A DNA stretch of 64,000 nucleotides from Cyanophora paradoxa CCMP329 (Eukaryota > Plantae > Glaucophyta). Of the stretch, positions 50,729 to 63,198 are shown in pieces (position 1 is the first letter of the stretch; each line of letters opens with the position of its first letter). Made by a program: the position numbers and the translations under genes. The DNA lies in NCBI GenBank assembly GCA_004431415.1, contig QPMI01000695.1, positions 1 through 64,000 on the forward strand. Direction: 5' to 3'. The notes beneath the pieces are model-generated. The model did no database searches and had not been told where the DNA came from. It was given only the letters and a program-made list of their open reading frames with translations.

Positions 50729-50985
50729 GCACGGTGGCGTGCAGGAATGCTCGCGCTCGGGCGTGCGCGATGGCGGGAAGCTAGCTAGTCCGGCCTAGCC
50801 GAGGGAAGCTGACTAGCAAGCCGGCCTGCTGACCGTTACTGTGACCGTTGTGGCCGCGTGTGTACGCCACTGTGTACGAGGCCAAGTTCGAGCTCAAGTT
50901 TGCGCTGGGCTAATTTCATTGGCGGAAGAAGTTAACAATGGGCGGGGCGTGACGCAAACTCCGTTCAGTTTGAAACGAGGGCCGA

Positions 50986-53900
50986 CGAATGCAGCTGCTG
51001 CGGACGTACATGCAACAACGCATGCTTCGGGCTCGGCATCTCTCGACAGCGAAGGGCGTCGAGTGCCGTCAGCGTGCCATCGTTCATCTCCCCTACTCCA
51101 CGGCGTTGATTCGCTTGCGCTACGACAACATGATCCTGAGGGACACCGTCGCGACCATCGCGGTCGAGCTTCACGCCCAGTGCAACGTGAATTGGGCCTA
51201 CCCCAATGTCCTCTTCACGTGGTCGCCGCAACAGCCATCGGTCCGGATGACACTTCACTTCGAAGACACGAAGTATGCGGCCCCGTTCGAGTGCTCTACG
51301 ATTCAGATCGGGCCGCAAGGTGAACACCTGACACTCGACGCGGCTGCGGTGGCGGCAACACTTGACCAGGCGCTGTTCAAGCAAATCGTCTTCCGACGAC
51401 TCCGTCAGGAGCTCACGCGACCGATCGAGCAGGCAGCACTGTCTCTGGAGTGGTCGGCGGGGCAAACGATGTCGATCATCACTCGGTTGGCAGCGTGGAT
51501 TCTCAAACTCGCCAGCACGACGTTCTAGCGCTACACGCTGGCACGGATCATGGGCCACCCCACGCAGCTCTGGACACTGATCCGCACGCTCTACCGGGCT
51601 CAGCTCGCACCGGACAAGGGGCCGCGTTACGCGAGTCGCTTCCCAGTAGTCCCCAATCGGTGTCTCCCAGTGGTGATGTGGGAGGATCGGGATGTCTGGC
51701 ACAAGCAGAAGCCGGCGCCGCACGCGCATCTGCAGCGTCACGACCCGCAGCACCCGCCGGCGTCTTGGCGGTACTAGGCGGATCTCAACGACTTTGGTCT
51801 TCCGAAGCACTGGGAGGGCGCGTTTCCGGAGCGCGAACTTCACTCGGCCCTCGATTGGATCTGGCGCGTACAAGGCCACGACAATATGCTGACGGAGCGT
51901 CGGACGCCGCCGCCGGCAGACGACGGATCGACTTGCTCGTCCGAGAATCGGGTCACGGGCCACACGGGGGAGCCGCCGGAGGTACTACAGGGCGGCTCCG
52001 CTCGAGTACCTCCGGCCTGGCCGGGGGTGCGGCGCTTCGTGAACCGCCCGATCCTTGCGACGGACATGCTCACTCGCGGCGGACCGTTGGCACAAGTGGT
52101 GGGCAAGGCGGCGCTTCACGGCGAACTGGCCCTCACAAACGACGACATCGCGATCCGCAACGAGACGTACGTCCCGCGTCGTCCGCGAACCGAGGAGGTG
52201 GATATCGGCAATCTGTCTGACGCGCCGGAGCCGGTGCGGGGCTACTACGGCGTGGCGCTATACGTGGACCTGCGGGACCGCGCGGAGCCGACAACGGGGG
52301 TCGTGGAGGCTACGCAAGGACGCCGTCGGGTGGCACCAGCTTTCGGGGCAGTCAACATCTTCCGGGGCGCTCTGGCGGCAGCGACGCGCACGACAGCTCC
52401 GGAGGGCCCCGACACCACTCCAGCCTCGTCGACAACACCGTCGACGACACGGCAGACGTCCCCTGCGGCGCCCGCAGCGGGCCCGTCGGCAGACGACCCC
52501 TGGCAGCGCTACTCGGTCCAGATCCAGAGGGCGACAACGGCTCCGGCGCGGCTCCACGCGCTCGCGGACGAGAAGGCGGGCCTGGACGCGGCCAAGAGTC
52601 GACCTGAGTTTCGCGCCATCGTCCGGGCGACGGACGTATGGACGAAACCGAGTCACCCGCGCACAGGCGAGCTCCTCCCAACGACGTCGAGCAGTGTCAC
52701 CTACGAACGCGACGACGACGTCCACGCTGTCATGCTGATGGCTGCGGATCTTCCGGAAGACTTCGCTCGGAGCGCGCGGAGCCGAGATCCGAACTCCACG
52801 CGCATCGATCAGCATCTGGGCGTCAGCCACGTCCCTGACCCGCGAAGGGAACGGAGGGGACTGACAGTCCTCTCGACGGCGATCATGGCGACGGCCCTGC
52901 GGGGGCAAGCGCTGGTTCCCAACCTCACCGAGTTCCTCGTGGCGTTGTTCGGTATGCCGCAGGAGCAGGCGAGACCGGAGGAGCCGGAGACCGTGCCAGG
53001 CCTCAGCGTCGTCGACGCGCTCTTTCTCCGCGACCCGAAGCTCCGGCGCTTCTTCACGTCCGCTGATGCACTCCGCGCCGTCGTCATGCGCGAGGGCATG
53101 ATCCTCTTCAACCTGGGCACACTCTTGTGTCGGACGATCGACTTCCTCCAGGACTTCCGACGTCCAGAAATCATGTCGCGATACGACTGGCCAACCAGGC
53201 TCGCGTTCGACGAGCTCGGCCAGCCCCCAGCCCCGGATGCCGTGCACCAAGTCGCGCCGTTCCACTTCGGCAACATCACGGTGCACCGGATCCCGACGGA
53301 GCTCTGCGCGGAGTTCCCCGAGGAGGGCCCCCAGCTCCCGGCGACCGTACAGCCGTGGTCCCCGCCGCCCAGGGAGCAGTGGATCAGGACCCCGGAGGGG
53401 ACAGTCAAGCCGTTCGCCAAAGCCGTCATCTACCTGCGACGCGCGGACAACACGGAGGACCCTCGAGCGGTGGCGCTCCAACACCATGAGATCGTCCAGA
53501 ACCTCCTCGGCCTCCGCGGCGAACCGGGCACAGCACCCTTGTCCACGTACGGGCACTACATTGGGCCGCACGCGCTGGTGACGAAGCTCGGTCGCTCCCC
53601 TGACCTCGACGAGACTCGGAGATTCTACGCGGCCGCGGGGGTCGACTACGACTCCCTCAGCTCCTCTCGCCCGCTCCCGGCCCGCCCGGACGTCTACGGC
53701 ATCTTCCCGCTGACCGACGACGGAGTGAGCATGCAGTATGCAACGGCCTTCTTCGTGGCAATGGGGGCGAACTTGCACGCGAGCGACCCGACGTCGTTCG
53801 AGGCCCTTCATCCCACGATCTCTCGACTGGTGCAGGAGACCTGTTGTATGGGGCCGGGTGGCGGCCAACCAGCGTTCATGACGGCGTCCGAGGAGCCGAG

Positions 53901-56900
53901 GACGACGAGGATGAGTGACGGCGCATACTTCGTGTCGACCGAACTGCAGAGTCAGCTGGCGTCTCTCGACCTGCAGGCCCCGTCACCAGCGCAGCTCGCA
54001 GCGTGCATCCGGGCGGGAATCCTCCACGGCACGCAGTTCTGGCGTAGCATCCGCTTCCACCGCTGCCCGCGAGGAGAGGAGCCGTCGCTGGACAATCTCT
54101 GGGCGGTCCCAATCCCCAAGGCGTTCACCATTGGAGAAGCCGACGGGAGACCTCGACTCTACGTTGACGAGAGCACCCTCCGCGAGCACGTTGCAAGCTT
54201 CGGGCTGGACGTCGCCTACGTGTGGCTATCAGCACACCGGGCACTTACGCACAGCACGGACTCGAACAATCTGCGGGACCCGCTCCGTCGACGCTACGTG
54301 GAGGCACTGCTGCAGAGCAGGGCGTACTCGACGGCGTCGGGACACACGGCCTGGGAGACGCTGGAGGCGTGGCTCCGGACCGTCTTCGGCGACTACACGC
54401 TGCGCATCACGGTGGCGGGGCCGCTGGAATACGACGCGGTGACGAACTCGGTCTCTGAATCGGTTGACATCACGACAACATTCCAAACGGCGGACCCGCT
54501 GACGTACTGGCGCGACGAGTCGCCGAAGCGCAAAGGGGACGTGTTCCTCTGCTACGACGCCGGTCTACACTGGGATGAGAGAACCCGCTTTCATCACTGG
54601 AACAGCGTGAACAACAAGCGCGTGTGGGTGGCACTTCCCCCGCGCCCAGGCGGTGGCCCGTCGGGCGGACGGCCCCCGGGGCCGCCGGGAAGCGGTGGCG
54701 GTGGAGGTCGTGACGGCGCTGGCGGCAAGCGCAAGGGCGACGGTGGCAAGGGCAAGGGCCCCCCCGCAGCCTCAACGTCAACTAGCTCGTCGGCTAGCGT
54801 CTCTTTCCCGTCGGCGAACTCGTCGGCGACGACGTCGTCCAAGAAGCCGCGCACGTGCATGGGGCGCAAGAAGCTGCGACGGCTGGAGGCGGCCAGCGCC
54901 AGGGCCACGCGAGGCGATGCGTCCACGGTGGCGGTGACCACGGAGACTGTGACGCTGAGCACGGCTCCGGGGACCACGACGGCACCGTCAGAGTCGGCTG
55001 CAGCCGACGGTACGGCGTCAGCGTCGTCGGAGTACGAGACAGCAGCGTCGGACATCTCGGAAGGCGACAACGGGGAGCCGGTTCGGATCGCACGAGCAGC
55101 GCTCGCCCCAGGATTTGGACTCTCGGGCGCGATCAAGCGCTACCTGCACACGATGGTGTTCAACGAGTTCCGCTACGTCGTTTTCCTCAAGACGGCGTAC
55201 ACGTGGATGGATCACCACGCGGTACCACCGCTTCAGTTCCTGGCGGGCTGCGGCGAGCGGGAGGAGAGGGGCAGAACACGCGGCGCGTGGTACGACCGGG
55301 ACTTCGTCGCGGAAGTCGACAACACGGACTGGGGGCAGTTCAAGGCGTCGCATGAATTCGTCATCAATCGCATGACCTCGCTGGCCAGCTACATCATGCG
55401 AACGACGGCGCGCTGGGCGTGCGGCAACAAGTCCGACGAGGCGGCGGCGGCCATGGAGATTCACCGCCAAGCAACGTTCTACCTCACGGTAGTCAGCAAC
55501 GCGTGCGGACGGACGACGCGGGACACTCTCCGGGCGAATGCAGTCCCACCGCTCGATCCCCGAGCAATGCATCCTGACCTGCCGAAAGAGACGGCCCTCA
55601 CGGTTCCCGACACGGTCACGTGGTACACCCGCCTCACGGGGGTGAACCGCGATGTCTTCGACTCGACCGTCTCCGAACTGGCCAAGTTCGTCAACGACTT
55701 CAACAACACCTCCCAATCCTTCGAGCTGCCATGTGACAAGCGTCGCCCCCTCCACGTTCCCATCGAGGATCACGCTGCCGTTAACGTCATCTACGCAAAC
55801 CGCACGACGCTGGACGACGACCGTCGGTTCAACGACCTGCGTCACGACGCCAGGCGCAGCAAGCACATCAACTCCAACCTGAGGCAGCTGCGGGTGGAGG
55901 CGGCAACGCGGGTCGCGGAGGCCAAGGGCATCACGTTGGAGGCGGCGGACGCGTCGCTCGCGAGCATCGATGTCGACGGTATCCTTCGCATGCTGGTGAC
56001 CGTCGCGGCGTTCGAGAAGCCCTACCTTCACATGCGCTTCGGCGAAGGCCCACGGAAGCAGCGGACGGTGCTGCAGAAGTCGGGAGTCGGAGCTTTCGGG
56101 AAGCACCGCGACACCCCGCTCGTGATGTCGGCGTGGCAGCCGTCGCGGAGCCGCACGCTGGCGGAGGAGCGACGCGCACGGAAGCGCGACAGGCGGGGTC
56201 ACGACGGACCCGGACCGCCGACAGAGCAGGAGGCCGAGGTGAGATCCTCAGACGGTGACGACGGTGACGACGCGGCGGGGCAGTCGACGAGCACGGCAGT
56301 GCAACGGGCACTGAGGCGGAAGCTCCACGTCCTCCGTCTCTCACGTGGCACCGACGCCATCTCCAGGCAGATGCGGGTCGATCGCAACATGCTCACGTCC
56401 AGCACGGACCCTCACTTCGTCTTCCAGCCCGCGGGTCTCCCGCTGCTATCTCGGGTGTTGGCAACGCGCACCGACTCGACGGGCCGGCCGCTTACGGAGA
56501 TCCCGTCGACGTTCATGATCCTCGCGCAAGAACTGGCCAAGCAGGTGTTGGACGCTGTCGGAGGCGACGTCGGTGAGCAGCTCGCAGCACAGGTCCTCAA
56601 GACCGCAGCCGCGCGCCAGGAGCAGTCGTGGATGGACAGGCTGAGGGCGACTCGACTCGTCGTCGAGGGGAGAATCGCGGCGCTGGGCACGAACGGGTGG
56701 GCACAGGAGAGCAAGCCGGTGCAGATCTTGATCGACTCCGGGGCGGAGCTGGACGTGGCGAGCGCCGACGTCGTGGAGCACCTCCCGGGCTTCCGGTACC
56801 TCGACGAGCGCGTCCCGTTGGTCGGGTTCCAGACCAACATCACGACGTACGGACGGACCGCGCACGTGGTGCTGCAGATCGGGCCCGTACGCATCGCGCG

Positions 56901-57249
56901 TACGCTCGTCGTCACGACGGCGAACTCGATGGGGGACGTCAAGATGCTCCTGGGACTCTCGACGCTCATCGCGCTCCGGGCACAGATCAGCTGCGCCCCG
57001 GAGAAGTGGGGCATGCACGTCACATCGCCTGACGACCAAGAACTCCACTTCGTCCCTTTTCAGCCTCGGACCGAGAGGGAGGGACCCTTCCGGTCCGCTT
57101 ACTACGTCCCACCACCGTCCACCGCGGCGAAGCCATGGTACGCGGCTACGTGCCCGACATGCACGGCTTGCTCCCTGTGGACAAAGATGAAGTTCGCATC
57201 ACGGCGGCACCGGAGTACGATGGTGGCCCGCCGCCAGACTCGTCAGTGA
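50986..57249 (+). CDS. Continuation of the polyprotein: large unknown region plus aspartic protease
   Basis: ORFs at 50989, 51550 and 51886 are in one frame, separated only by TAG codons. Retropepsin motifs ILIDSGAEL and MLLGL. Confidence 0.82.
57054..57097 (+). promoter_or_regulatory. Candidate -1 programmed ribosomal frameshift signal
   Basis: In-phase C CCT TTT heptamer, 6-nt spacer and a hairpin CGGACCG..CGGTCCG. The -1 frame is open into RT. Confidence 0.65.
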
Positions 57250-60200
57250 TCTTGCAGGGCGACGAGACGCCCTTCCTCCCCCCCTCCTTCACCACCCCCG
57301 CTCAACTCTGGCGCCACGCCTCCCGCACAGTCCGCCACCTCACCGTCCACATCTGCAACCCCTCCCGCAAACCTCTCGAACTCGCCGAGGGCACCATCGT
57401 CGGCTACGCGGAGTTCGGCCGCTGGCCGGAGGGCGATTTCACTCCCGACGCGACCCCCTTCCCTGCAGGCCCGTCGTCAACATGGACCAACGACCAGCGC
57501 CGCGCGGCCGCCCGTCGAATCCTTCAGGCAGCCAAACCCGTCGTTGTCACGCGACGAGTCGGCCCCAAGCACTTCCGACGCGTCGCGCGCCAGACGTGGC
57601 CGTCGTGTTTCACGCGCACCAACCTCGACGACGTCGGGGAGGACCCCACTCCGCTGACAGCCGAGGAGGTCGTCGAGCTCGATAAGGCTCTCGACAAATG
57701 GTCCACGTTGATGGCCAACCGCACCGACACCGACGCCGAGGCGGCGCGCGTTCACATCGCCGACTTGCGACTGTTAGTCAAGCATTGGCGAGACAAACAC
57801 GCAACGGCTGCAGACGGCAACACGACCAGTGGAGCCGCCGTCGCGGTGCGTCAGACGGCGTTCAGCACAGGCGCGATGGACCCCCCGACGTCCGACAAGC
57901 CGCCCGACGAGAAGCCGCCGGAGCAAGTCTGGAAGGAGGCGTTGGCTTCGTTACTGGGCCAGCTGCCGGAGACGCAGAAGCTGCACCTGCAGCGACTCGC
58001 GACGCTCCTCAACAAGAACCAACGCTCGTTTACCAACAGGCTCGACCCGCGCGACCTCCTCAAGTTCGAACATTCGCTGACGCTGTTGCCGGATGTCAAC
58101 AAGACGCATCTCCCTCTCTACACGCATCCGCGTCGCATGTCGCCAACAGCGGAGGAGGCGACACGCAAGGAGATCGAGAAGCTGCTCCGGGACGACCTCA
58201 TCGAGCCGTCACAGGCGGGTTACGGCTCGCCCGTGGTGCTGGCGCCGAAGAAGGACGGCACGCTGCGGTTCTGCATCGATTACCGCAAGCTCAACTTGCT
58301 GACGGAGCGTGACGTCTTCCCCCTACCTCGCATCGACGATCAGCTGGAGCGTCTGCGCCACGCGCGCGTGTTCTCGACCTGCGACGCGACGTCGGGCTTC
58401 TGGCAGCTGCCGTTGTCGGAGGAGTCGCGCAAGTACACCACGTTCCTCGTTCCATGGGGATGCTACCAATGGAAAGTGACCCCGTTCGGTGTGATGAATG
58501 GACCGTCGGCGTTCTGTCGGGCGATCTCGTCCATCATGGGACCGCTCCTGTCGACTTGCGTTGTGGCGTACGTCGACGACCTCACCATCTTCTCCTCAAC
58601 GGTCGATCAGCACCTCCTCGACCTCGAGGCGTTCTTCGCAGCTGTGGAACGCGGCAACTTGAAGCTCAAGCCTAGCAAGTGCCGCTTCATGGTGCGCGAG
58701 ATCGAGCTCCTGGGGCACCGCGTCTCCGGCGACGGCGTGCGCAAGGACAAGAAGAAGATGGACATGATCGCCAAGTGGCCGGAGCCCAACAACGTCGACA
58801 ACCTCCACTCCTTCGTCGGCTTGACGGGCTACTACCGGCGCTTCGTCCGCAACTACGCGCGCATCGCCCAGCCGCTCTACGACATCTTGAAGCGACGGGG
58901 TTCGGCGCAGTCGTTCGCCGAGGCGTGGACCGACGCCTGCCGCGAGGCCTTCAAGGAGCTGCAACGGATCCTCATCGAAGACGTCGCCCTCCCTTCCCCA
59001 CTTCAACGACCCGACCCGGCCGTTCATCATCACGACGGACTGGAGCAAGCAGGCGATGGGCGCCATCCTGCACCAGGCCGACGCGGCCTCGAACGTCCGG
59101 CCCCTCACCTTCAGCAGCCGTACCTGCAGCGACTCAGAGCGGAACTACGGCGCGGTTGAAGGCGAGGCGATGACGCTGCTGTGGGCCCTCAAGCAGTGGC
59201 ACCACTACTTCGAGTGCAACCAGCCGTTCGAGATCCACACGGATCACGAACCGCTGCTGTCACTGCGGAACACCGACCTCCGCCAGCCAGCGAACCGCTA
59301 CCTGGCGAAGGTGGCCATGTACTTGCAAGGCTACAACTACACCATCAAGCACTGCAAGGGCACGAGCAACAGCGCACCGGACGCTCTGACGCGGGCGCCA
59401 CTGTCCCATCCCGTCTACAACGGCGAGGCAGACGGCTCGGAGAACGCCCCGGGAGCGGCGGCGGGGGCCAAGGGCTTCGCTGTCCCCGTTCCTGGAGACC
59501 CCGACGAGCCGATCGGCATGTACTTCGTCCGGCCGCTCCGGACTGACCCGGCGCTCGAGGCGGTGCGAATGGCACGGACGACACCGGAGGGTGAGGCGGC
59601 TCTGCAGCCACCGCGGCGCCAACCCCGCGAGCTCCTCAACCTCGGCGACACGCTGGGCCCGGCCTGGCAGTCAACGGCTCTGAGACGGCGAACGGCGGGC
59701 CCGTCGGCGGCCAACGCGATCGACGTCGACGCCTGGCTGAACATCAACTTCCCGGACGGACCGCCGGAGCCGAAGCGAGCACGACCGGCTTCAGCAGACG
59801 CCGAGGAGGCGGTGCAGCAGACACGGCGGCGCGAGCAGCACAACCTGGCGTCGTCTCTCGGACCGGCTTGGCGGACGGCACCCGGACCCCGCCCCCGGAC
59901 GCGGCGAGCCCAGCTCCCGGCGCCCCCATCCGAGGCGTCGACAGCGATGAGCTCGTTGGTCAACGGCGCCCTGTACGGCAACGAGGAGGCTGCGCGGCGC
60001 ATGGCGGACCCGCTACCGCTCTCGGAGGCGGAGCTCCACGACTTCGACCCGGAGAACCCGCGGCCTCGGCGTGACTCCGACGTCGACGGCGACCACCCGA
60101 ACCTCACTCCGCAAGTCTTCGACAGGGATGGCGGCCCGCGCTCTCCAACGGAGAAACGGGCCCAGCGGCGCGCGCGCAAGGCGTACTTGTACGGCGGCAA

Positions 60201-62145
60201 GACGCTCGAGGGCAAGCCGAGGCCAGCGCTGGCGACGGAGGAGGAGCGCGCTAGCTACGCGGCGTCACAGCTGCAACGCAAGCGCCTCCGAGGCTGGAAG
60301 TCGCGACAAGGGCGGTACTCGATCGCCCCATCTTCAATCCCGGAGTACGCGGCAGCGGATGCGGACGCGGCCGCCGACGAGGGCGTCGGCTCATCTGGAC
60401 CCCCCCAAGCGGAGCAGCAGCCTCGCAGACCCCGCAAGCGCGGGCAGTGGAAACAGCTCCCACAGGAGGCGCGCGACGGGGCGGCGTCAGTCCGCAGCGA
60501 CGCGGAGGCGGGCGCAGTCCGGGTTACACCGGGCTTCGTGGCACCTCTGTACGGCCCGACGGGCGACCGCGTTCGACCAATCGACGTGACGCTCGATGTG
60601 CCTGTCATGGACACGTGGGCGGAGGGCGCCCGGCGCAGTGTCGACCCGCCAATCCCGGACAGGCTACGCCGACACGTCTCCGACGCGACGGCGATGACGC
60701 TGGAGCAGCGGAACGACCCGTGGTGTCAACGCGTGCGGGACTTCATCCTGCAAGGGGTGAACCCGGCACGCTGCCGCTCGCACAAGGGGCTGGACCTCGT
60801 GGAAGATCAGATCACGTGCGAACACTGCTTGCGAGCCAAGTCGGGCCTCGAACGCGAGATGAAGGGCTACGAGATCGTGGATGGCGTCGTTCGACGGCTG
60901 CCGCCCAGGCCGGGCATGCGCTCCCTGATCGTGGTACCTGAGACGATGCGGGAGGCGATCCTCGAAGCGTTCCACGATGACTGGGCGCATCGCGGCGCTG
61001 ACATCGTGACGCGGCGCATCATCACGCGCTTCTGGTGGGACGGTATGACGTCAGCGGTGCACCGTTTCGTACGGACCTGTAAGCACTGCCAATCGGCACG
61101 GGCGAAGCGTCAGCCGAAGGTCCTTTGCAAGATCATTGAATCTGGCTACGCGAACGACTTGCACCAGGCCGACATCGCGCACCTCGACTTGTCCATTGAC
61201 GGCCATGTTGGCGTGTTTCTCGACATCGATGCGTACACCAAGTGGCCGGAGGCGATCCCGATCAAGGACGAGAAGGCGAGCACGATGCGCCGCTGCGGCG
61301 AGAAGATCTACGGCGCGACGGGCATCATCCAGCGCTACTTGATCGACAACGGGTCACAGCTCAAGCAGTCGGAGTGGTACAACTTTTGGAAGAGCAAGGG
61401 CACGCGCATCATCAGGGCGCCAGCATTCCACCAGTCGTCGAACGGCGGCGCCGAGCGTCTCGGACAAACCTTCAAGCGCCTGGTGTACGGACTCTGCAAG
61501 GCAGCGGGGAAACCGCACAACCACTGGTCGAACTACGTGCATCAGGCGCTGCTGGCCATGCGGACGGGCGTTCACGCGGCAACGGGCTTCCCGCCAGCGG
61601 TACTGCACTTCGGGCGGGACCTCGCGCTCCCGGGTGACCTTCGCTTCGATCCCGACGAGCGCCAGCGGCCACTCGATCCGACGTTCCTCAACGAACGTCT
61701 GCTCGACTACGCGCGCGCGGCGGAGAGTCGGGAGGCGGCGGTCGCGGCGCACCGACGGGCGTACAACAAGCGGATCCTGCGCTCGCATGGCGGCCGCCCG
61801 TTGAGCCGCTCGTTCAAGCCGGGGGAGAAAGTGCTCTGCTGGTTCGAAGGCCTCAAGCGGGGAATCCACACGGGCTGGACGGGCCCGTTCGTCGTCTTGC
61901 GGAAGCTCTCCGGAGGCCACATCTACGAGGTCAAGGCGCTGGAGGGCGCAGAGCGGCACCGAAGGACGCGGGCGATCGCTGTCCACCTCGACCTGATGAT
62001 CCCTTACCGTGACCGGCCTGAACATGTAACGCGGCGTCAACGTGTTGGGAGACCTCCGAAGGCGGCGCAACAGTCGGCGGCCCCCGAGGCACCTCCGGGG
62101 TCGGCGGCTGACGCGCCTGGAGTAGCTCCGATGTCTGATGCGTGA
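57060..62145 (+). CDS. pol: Pol: RT, RNase H and integrase
   Basis: RT motifs LRFCIDYRKLN, FPLPRID, PFGVMNGPS and YVDD. RNase H motifs TDWS, E and TDH. Integrase HHCC, D-D35-E and GPF. One frameshift in C-runs near 58990. Confidence 0.95.
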
Positions 62146-62232
62146 ACAACGTGGAATCGTTGACAGTCCGAAATCGTCATTGTCAGTCCGGTAAGCCACG
62201 TCACGCCTAACGGGCTCGTGCGCTAAAGAAAA

Positions 62233-62327
62233 GCCATAGTGGCACGCGAGCCATAGCGGCATCAAACGCCATCGTGGCACGCAAGCCATAGCGGCAGAGT
62301 CACAGCGACTCGAGAGCCATAGCGGCC
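62233..62327. repeat. Cluster of five GCCATMGYGGC quasi-palindromes
   Basis: Read directly, just 3' of the integrase stop. Confidence 0.8.
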
Positions 62328-62896
62328 AAACCCGGCGCGGCATCGTGCCCCGGACAACCTCTTTGTCGTTGTCAAAATGCCGCTGCTCTTCTCTTTTCGC
62401 CGGCGCATAAAGCTCTGCGCTGCGTTGCGATGCGAGCGCAACTGCTCACTTACTTGCGCCACGCGCGATCCAGATCCTCCACGGGATCCATTCTCCCCGG
62501 CTTCCCCTCGCCGCGCGACCAGCGGCGGGGTCCCATCTTCACGGCACCTTCTCGCCGCACGGAGGCGGCGGGAACTTCGCACACGGGGCGATGGGATTTT
62601 CGCTGTTGTTGGCGGCACGGCAGAGGTTTTTCGCCCGGTTTTCCTCTGGCCGTTAGTGACCCTCGGGGGCAGCATCTGGGCCCGGGCCCCTCACATTTTT
62701 GCCCCCGAGCGGCAGTCGGCGCGGTCTCTCACATGACCGGTTTCTGTTGTTCAGACTCAGGCAGAATTCCTGTACTGTGGTCTCGAGCCGATTGGACTTT
62801 AGTCTATATTAGTCTGTATCTTTATCTATGGATTTCTGACCGGCGGGCGCGTAGGCTAGATAGGCGTCCCGGTCCTTTACATTTATGCTCCTCATT

Positions 62897-63198
62897 CCAC
62901 GAGCCTACTGTCTCGTGAAATAGTAACATCCCTCGGCATTGTACCACGAGCCTACTGTCTCGTGAAATAGTAACATCCCCTGGTCCTGTATCATGAGCCT
63001 AGCGTCTCGTGAAATAGTAACATGCTGGTAGGCGGCAGACAATTTTTCTGTATTCCCCTGACGACTCTCTTTCTCTCTCTCTTGTACCCTCTTCTTTGTA
63101 CCCAGCACTGATCGCTCTCTTGTATTCCTCCACTTGTCACTTGTTTCTTCTCTTATTGTTCCAGTGCGCGAGGACGCGCACTCGTGAAATAGTAACAT
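62897..63198 (+). repeat. 47-bp-period hairpin repeats ending CTCGTGAAATAGTAACAT (4 copies)
   Basis: Core at 62912, 62959, 63006 and 63181. Confidence 0.88.

Larger units (their letters stand above)
36798..50978. mobile_element. Two-gene DNA transposon (RAG1/Transib-like), about 5.6 kb net
   Basis: Flanked by GGGCCGA direct repeats (36791-36797 and 50979-50985). Removing the insert rejoins the retroelement frame. No clear TIR at these ends. Confidence 0.7.

Noticed and set aside
36744-51777. Genome-wide UAR-to-Gln genetic code
   Set aside because: Only three TAR codons occur in over 5,000, and the transposase appears to end at TAG. Mutation is the simpler explanation.
58985-59005. Programmed frameshift between RT and RNase H
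   Set aside because: Adding one C to each of two C-runs gives LPFPHFNDP in frame, so a sequencing error or mutation is more likely.
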